28,354 bases of DNA, taken from the IMG/VR virus record IMGVR_UViG_3300040816_000489, positions 1-28,354 of that record. One strand, written 5' to 3'. Position 1 is the stretch's first letter, and each line of letters opens with the position of its first letter. Below the pieces are notes generated by a model that did no database searches, had not been told where the DNA came from, and saw only the letters and a program-made list of their open reading frames with translations. Source of the stretch: a virus. Lineage: Duplodnaviria > Caudoviricetes. Below, one piece after another: positions 25,347 through 28,354 of this stretch. The translations under genes were made by a program, and so were the position numbers.

Positions 25347-25823
25347 ATGGAAAAATTACATTATTCATTCATAGATTTACAAAAAGACCTAAATAGTATC
25401 ATACAACAAATGGTAGTTGATGGTTTTAAACCCGATGTTATTATAGGTCCTGGCAGAGGAGGATTTATTCCAGGAGTTATGCTTAGTCATTATTTTGGTG
25501 CTCCTTTTGAAGGTATTAGATGGCAACAACGTGATGGTAATATCAAAGATGATAAAACTTTGAAACATATTATGCAAAAACATATGGGCGATAATATTTT
25601 GGTTATTGATGATATAAACGATACTGGTACAACATTAAAATCAATATTTGAAATTATTAATACTGAAATAGAAAGTCCTGCAAGTAGAATAGACGATGTT
25701 AGGTGTGCTACATTATTTTCCAAGGCTCAAAGTAACTTTGGCGGCGTAGATTATATTGGTAGAGAACTAACACCCGAAAATGATCCATGGGTTGTTTTTC
25801 CTTATGAGGAGTGGTGGAAGTGA
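25347..25823 (+). CDS. type I phosphoribosyltransferase (xanthine/guanine PRT-like)
   Basis: GPGRGG, PRPP-binding loop ILVIDDINDTGTT, C-terminal WVVFPYE as in Gpt-type enzymes. Confidence 0.88.
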   Translation: MEKLHYSFIDLQKDLNSIIQQMVVDGFKPDVIIGPGRGGFIPGVMLSHYFGAPFEGIRWQQRDGNIKDDKTLKHIMQKHMGDNILVIDDINDTGTTLKSIFEIINTEIESPASRIDDVRCATLFSKAQSNFGGVDYIGRELTPENDPWVVFPYEEWWK

Positions 25824-26059
25824 GTACGGTACAAAGTCTTACAAATCATTTAAAACATTTAGAAGACATACACCGAGAACTAGATAAAAAGATCACAAGG
25901 CATTGGGAACATCATGATAGTGATGAAAAAATAAAGAAAGAGAAGTTTGAAAAACTTGCTCTAAAAAGAGAAATAGAAGAACTAAAAGAAAGAATAGAAC
26001 AAAAGGACATCCACGTCCATAACTCGGAGAAACAAGATGGAAACAAGCAAGAAGATTAA
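25820..26059 (+). CDS. DUF465/YdcH-like small coiled-coil protein
   Basis: LEDIHRELDKKI...KKEKFEKLALKREI. GTG start at 25820 with SD GAGGAG, overlapping the upstream TGA. Confidence 0.6.
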   Translation: MSTVQSLTNHLKHLEDIHRELDKKITRHWEHHDSDEKIKKEKFEKLALKREIEELKERIEQKDIHVHNSEKQDGNKQED

Positions 26060-26726
26060 ACAACGATTGCAAGAAGCCGGTGATAGGTTTTGGGCAGGAG
26101 ATAATATTTCTGCACACATTAAAGAGGGAGAAAAGCAACAACTAATCGACGAACTTGCAATTAAGTTTGAAGATGTATTACAAGGACTTGTAATTGATAC
26201 TGAGAATGACCCTAACAGTAACGACACAGGTAGGCGTCTAGCAAAGATGTATATCAACGAACTAATGGCTGGTAGGTATGAGCCTATGCCTAATGCAACT
26301 GCTTTCCCGAATGACAGTGATGATAGATACGAAGGTATGTTAGTAGTAAGAAGTGAACTTACAAGTATGTGTTCGCATCATCATCAAATAGTTAGAGGTG
26401 TAGCATATATTGGTATTATTGCCGCAGACAAATTAATTGGACTAAGTAAATACACAAGAATTGCACAATGGTGTGCAATGCGTGGAACACTACAAGAAGA
26501 ACTTGCTAACGACATTGTTAGAGAGATTCAAAAGGCCACAGGTGCCGAACATTTAGGTGTGTATGTACAGGCTACACATGGTTGCGTTGAGAACAGAGGT
26601 GTTAAGGCACATAGCAGTCTTACACAAACAACTGTTCTTAAAGGTGCGTTCAAAGATGACGCAGGTACAAAGAAAGAGTTTATGGATAACATTAAACTAC
26701 AACAACAATATTCCTGCGATAAGTAA
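26037..26726 (+). CDS. folE: GTP cyclohydrolase I
   Basis: SMCSHHH zinc motif, GLSKYTR, LQEEL, ATHGCVENRGV. Confidence 0.95.
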   Translation: METSKKIKQRLQEAGDRFWAGDNISAHIKEGEKQQLIDELAIKFEDVLQGLVIDTENDPNSNDTGRRLAKMYINELMAGRYEPMPNATAFPNDSDDRYEGMLVVRSELTSMCSHHHQIVRGVAYIGIIAADKLIGLSKYTRIAQWCAMRGTLQEELANDIVREIQKATGAEHLGVYVQATHGCVENRGVKAHSSLTQTTVLKGAFKDDAGTKKEFMDNIKLQQQYSCDK

Positions 26727-27226
26727 TGATTGCTAATAGAAACGGCCATTTGATATACGGTAAACGTGCTGTCTTAATAAGAGATGTTACTGAATCTGTA
26801 TGTGATAGAAAGAAAATGGATTGGTTAACTCAAAGATTTCCATTAGCAGAACATGAAGTTTTTGAGTGTATTGATTGTATTGCTGACTTAGAAGACTTAG
26901 GTCCAGGTGAACATTTAAAATTAAATAATGCTGGTGATGAACAAGATGTACAATTAGAAACAATTAGTATCTCAGATACAATTTTTCTAAAACTTATACA
27001 GTTTGGTAGAATATATAATCCGGAATGTACTGATATAGATTTATTATTTGATCAAGGTTTTAAAGTTGCATCTATAGAAGTATTTGAAGATTTAGTAGCA
27101 GGACATAGTAATTTTGAAAATTCAGAATTGCATTCTCAAGTGTATAGTGCATACAAAAGATGTCTAGGAAATACTATAGAGAATCATGTTATGTTAAATT
27201 TATTAAAGGAATCAAATGACACTTAA
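26726..27226 (+). CDS. hypothetical protein
   Basis: 166 aa between folE and queE with overlaps at both ends. No motif recognised. Confidence 0.7.
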   Translation: MIANRNGHLIYGKRAVLIRDVTESVCDRKKMDWLTQRFPLAEHEVFECIDCIADLEDLGPGEHLKLNNAGDEQDVQLETISISDTIFLKLIQFGRIYNPECTDIDLLFDQGFKVASIEVFEDLVAGHSNFENSELHSQVYSAYKRCLGNTIENHVMLNLLKESNDT

Positions 27227-28106
27227 ATACAGCGAAACATTTTATTCTGCACAAGGAGAAGGCCAATATGTTGGTATCCCTAGTTTGTGGATGAGATTTT
27301 TCCTATGTAATTTACAATGTAATGGATTTGGACAAAGTGATCCAACCGATCCAAGCACATATGATTTACCTTATGAAAAGTTAGATATCACAGACATAAC
27401 AAATGTATTTGATTTGCCTGTGTTTGAAAAAGGTTGTGATAGCAGTTATACTTGGAGTAAGAAATACAAACACTTAATAACAGATAAGACGGTAGAGGAG
27501 GCTGTAGACGAACTTACGGCACTTCTACCGCACTCTCAATTTGTACATCCTGCTACAGGGCAAAGTGTACATATGGTGTTTACAGGCGGCGAGCCAATGC
27601 TTAAAAACACACAGCCTGGTATGATGCAAGTTATAGAAGAATTTAAACGCAGAAACAATCAACCTATGAATGTTACTGTAGAAACAAATGGCACAAAGCC
27701 TATCACAGACGAGTTTGCTGAATACATACAACGTGAATATCCAGCATGGGCTAATGGTTCTGAATGGTACTGGAGTCTAAGTCCTAAACTGTGGAGTACT
27801 GCTGGTGAGAAGAATAAGAAAGCAATCAAGCCAGAAGTAATTGGTAGATATGCAGAAGTTAGTCCACATGGTCAACTTAAATTTGTAGTAAATGGAACAG
27901 AAGAGAGTTGGCGTGAAGTAGAAGAACATACAAAACTATTTAGAGATGCCGGCTGTAACTTCCCTGTATGGATTATGGGAGTTGGCGGCACATTTGAAGG
28001 CTTAGTACAAACTGAAGCCACAATAGCCGATGAGGCAATACAACGTGGATATAATTATACTAGCAGAGTCCACGTACACATATATGGAAATGCAATAGGA
28101 AAATAA
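27216..28106 (+). CDS. queE: 7-carboxy-7-deazaguanine synthase (radical SAM)
   Basis: SETFYSAQGEG, CNLQC...GCDS, FTGGEP, VETNGT, LSPK, RVHVHIYG. Confidence 0.9.
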   Translation: MTLKYSETFYSAQGEGQYVGIPSLWMRFFLCNLQCNGFGQSDPTDPSTYDLPYEKLDITDITNVFDLPVFEKGCDSSYTWSKKYKHLITDKTVEEAVDELTALLPHSQFVHPATGQSVHMVFTGGEPMLKNTQPGMMQVIEEFKRRNNQPMNVTVETNGTKPITDEFAEYIQREYPAWANGSEWYWSLSPKLWSTAGEKNKKAIKPEVIGRYAEVSPHGQLKFVVNGTEESWREVEEHTKLFRDAGCNFPVWIMGVGGTFEGLVQTEATIADEAIQRGYNYTSRVHVHIYGNAIGK

Positions 28107-28107
28107 T

Positions 28108-28354
28108 ATGAACGAACATGATAAAAACTTTTTAAAAAATATGAGTCCGTTATTGATAGCGGCACTTGTTATGTTTTTTATGTTAGTAGCATTTGAAACT
28201 AAAGCGGATGATCACAATTACACAGAACATGGTATACTTATTACTGAACAAGATTTACAAGTTAAAAGTATCAGGGTAAACAGTATTAGAGGTTACACTA
28301 TAGTAGATAATGATACTATAAGAGTTAGAACTAATAGACGAGAAGAATTTGATA
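28108..28354 (+). CDS. 5' part of a secreted or membrane-anchored protein, truncated by the window edge
   Basis: MNEHDKNFLKNMSPLLIAALVMFFMLVAFETKADDH... has a hydrophobic signal-like segment with TKA/D as a possible cleavage site. Frame open to the end. Confidence 0.65.
   Translation, partial: MNEHDKNFLKNMSPLLIAALVMFFMLVAFETKADDHNYTEHGILITEQDLQVKSIRVNSIRGYTIVDNDTIRVRTNRREEFD

Noticed and set aside
1-28354. Bacterial chromosome, tRNA/rRNA genes, integrase or transposase
   Set aside because: gp43-like polymerase, T4-type lysozyme, fibres and late promoters indicate a phage. No cloverleaf, rRNA or recombinase motifs were seen by eye.

Overview
AT-rich segment of a large tailed dsDNA phage with T4-like replication and transcription features, probably infecting an aquatic Gram-negative host (inference). 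Nearly all genes are on the + strand. Left: the C-terminal end of a probable outer-membrane beta-barrel, DnaJ(CbpA-type)-ClpA, a T4-type lysozyme and a block of late virion/fibre genes (4343-13015). Middle: a tandem glutamine (glnA-motif) riboswitch in front of an unannotated 53-aa ORF, a degenerate 2OG-Fe(II) oxygenase, a HAD phosphatase, a holin candidate, a DsbA/GapR-like protein, a family B DNA polymerase and a probable sliding clamp. Right: a 7-deazaguanine DNA-modification cluster (TGT/DpdA-like, QueD-paralogue with LxxxHRHxF, FolE, QueE) that also contains a GT-B glycosyltransferase resembling the queuosine-tRNA mannosyltransferase (GTDC1/QTMAN) family, a GalE-like epimerase and a purine phosphoribosyltransferase. 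The best candidates for new biology are a sugar-hypermodified 7-deazaguanine in DNA and the phage tandem glutamine riboswitch with its small protein. Other signals read from the sequence: leaderless sigma70-type early genes, GATAAATA late promoters embedded in anti-Shine-Dalgarno hairpins, and strong avoidance of AGCT and GCWGC. All family assignments come from motif recognition by eye; no searches were run.
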